Part shown: positions 62,558 to 64,000 of the stretch, one piece after another | Layout: each line of letters starts with the position of its first letter | Numbering within the stretch: position 1 is the first letter of the stretch | IMG/VR virus record: IMGVR_UViG_3300036831_000067 | Coordinates: 1 to 64,000 of that record | DNA length: 64,000 nt | Strand: one strand, 5' to 3' | Origin: a virus | Position numbers and translations under genes: made by a program | Notes under the pieces: model-generated | Told to the model about the DNA's origin: nothing | Databases searched by the model: none | The model's input: the letters and a program-made list of their open reading frames with translations, nothing else

Positions 62558-64000
62558 GACTCCCGATCAGATCGCCGCTCAGATAATGGCTTCGCTGGCC
62601 GTTACGTTGCCCACCCTGTCCTGTGGGATCGGTACCCCGGAGCGCAAGATCATCGACGCCTGTGCCGAGGCGATCAGCGCGGCCTACATCGACCAGTACC
62701 TGGTCGGTTCGTTGCTGGACATCGACACCAAGGCCGGGATCGAGCTGGAACAGTTCGTCGGGATCTTCGGTTACGGCCGCCTGCAGGGCACTTCTTCCAC
62801 CGGCACGGTCGTGGTGACCCTGACCGTGGCGTCCAACATCGACTTCACGATTCAGCAGGGCGCCCAGTTCTACACCCCGACCGGGATTTCCGGGACGACC
62901 ACCCAGTTGTACTTCTCCTCCACCTCGACGGTGGTGCTGCCCGCCGGGGACATGACGGTGAGTGTGCCGGTGCAGTGCACCACGGTGGGGTCGGTGGGCA
63001 ACCTACCCCCGGGCTCGATCACCAGCATGGCGGCCACGATCGGATCGGCGAGCGTGACCAACCTGCAGGCCCTAATCGGGGGCACCGATGTCGAGACCGA
63101 TGCGGAGTTGAGGCAAAGGTTTAAGGACACCTTCTTGCGCAACGTGGCGGGGACCGCCGACTACTACATCGCGCTGTGCCAGCAGAACAACAACGTCACC
63201 AGATGCGTGGCCTACGGCCCGATCGCGCTCTACACCACGCAGATCGCCGCGCCCGCCACCACCCTGACGCTGCCGGTCACTCAGGATGTCAAGTACGTAT
63301 GGCCCGGTGAGTCGAGTTGCTTCTTCGACCTGGGCCAGGCCGACGAGGTGTTCTACTCCGACGTCGACGACTACACCCTGTCCTCGGGGGCCAGCCCGGT
63401 GTTCACCCGGATCTCCACTGGCGCGATCGTTGCGGGCACCATCTTGGATCTGGAGTTCCAGTACACCACCGCCTCCTCGCGCAACAATCCGTCAGCCGGG
63501 ATCACCAACAAGGTCGACATCTTCTGCGACGGTGTGGCGCCCTATGCGGTGGCCGAGACCACCGTGCTCACCGCGACGGCGCTGTCGTCCAGCTCGGCCG
63601 ACCCCCTCTACACCGGGAACTTCGTGCGGGTGGGTTCTGCGGGCAGCCCGACGGCGGGCAACCGGTTCACCCGGCTGGGCAACGTGCCGATAGTGAACTT
63701 CCCGACCACCGTCACCGTGGGCTCCACCGTTTATGTAATGGGGACGCACTACTTCCAGCTGCAGGACGTCACTCTGCTGCAGGGCAGCCGGTTGGAGTCC
63801 TCGGGTATCGAGTGGGCCGCTGCAGGACCGGCGAACGGGACCCAGTTGGTGTTGCACTACGTCTACAACCAGGTCCCCGAGGTGCTCGACGCGGTGATGG
63901 GCACCAGCAAGCAGCTGACGACCGACGTGCTGGTGCACCAGGCCGAGTACACCTACCTGCAGCCCTGCCTGAACATCGAGTACGACCGTTCCTACTCGGT
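62541..64000 (+). CDS. Baseplate J-like wedge protein (3'-partial)
   Basis: SRTPDQI...GTPERKIIDA...LEQFVGIFGYGR...GGTDVETDAELRQRF; open to the window end. Confidence 0.88.
   Translation, partial: MIKISRTPDQIAAQIMASLAVTLPTLSCGIGTPERKIIDACAEAISAAYIDQYLVGSLLDIDTKAGIELEQFVGIFGYGRLQGTSSTGTVVVTLTVASNIDFTIQQGAQFYTPTGISGTTTQLYFSSTSTVVLPAGDMTVSVPVQCTTVGSVGNLPPGSITSMAATIGSASVTNLQALIGGTDVETDAELRQRFKDTFLRNVAGTADYYIALCQQNNNVTRCVAYGPIALYTTQIAAPATTLTLPVTQDVKYVWPGESSCFFDLGQADEVFYSDVDDYTLSSGASPVFTRISTGAIVAGTILDLEFQYTTASSRNNPSAGITNKVDIFCDGVAPYAVAETTVLTATALSSSSADPLYTGNFVRVGSAGSPTAGNRFTRLGNVPIVNFPTTVTVGSTVYVMGTHYFQLQDVTLLQGSRLESSGIEWAAAGPANGTQLVLHYVYNQVPEVLDAVMGTSKQLTTDVLVHQAEYTYLQPCLNIEYDRSYS

Noticed and set aside
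61771-62560. Group I intron around the NUMOD3 endonuclease, and likewise around the HNH at 21211
   Set aside because: There is no non-coding flanking room for a ribozyme core; the ORFs abut or overlap their neighbours.
1-64000. tRNA/tmRNA genes, integrase, transposase, inteins
   Set aside because: None was recognised by eye; tRNAscan-SE/Aragorn and HMM searches would be needed to exclude them formally.

Overview
This is a 64 kb segment of a large, GC-rich, contractile-tailed actinobacteriophage. Its gene order resembles mycobacteriophage cluster C (Bxz1/Myrna-like), and LysB plus WhiB point to a mycolata host. All credible genes are on the + strand. The order is: 3' end of the terminase large subunit; an early/accessory island (~0.9-13.5 kb) of small genes (WhiB, a TGT/DpdA-like enzyme, DUF932, DUF6927-, LPD29-, DUF7694- and DUF4313-like proteins); membrane genes and LysB; the head module (large modular head proteins, HNH, portal, 2H phosphoesterase, SWIM-finger protein, protease/scaffold, decoration protein, major capsid); a surface module (IPT/TIG protein, methyltransferase, glycosyltransferase, long repeat fibre); then neck, sheath, tube, frameshifted chaperone, tape measure, hub and baseplate genes with a NUMOD3 homing endonuclease. 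Three patterns stand out on reading. (1) A fixed-spacing motif CTGT-N22-24-AAGG(G) occurs upstream of about 12 structural or late genes. (2) A GGAAT-N18-GTT motif, matching the SigH/SigR-type promoter, occurs upstream of early genes. (3) A recurring basic-x-Ala signature punctuates the large head proteins and the N-termini of small late-promoter genes, suggesting a capsid-targeting and polyprotein-processing code. All family assignments come from motif recognition by eye, not from database searches.
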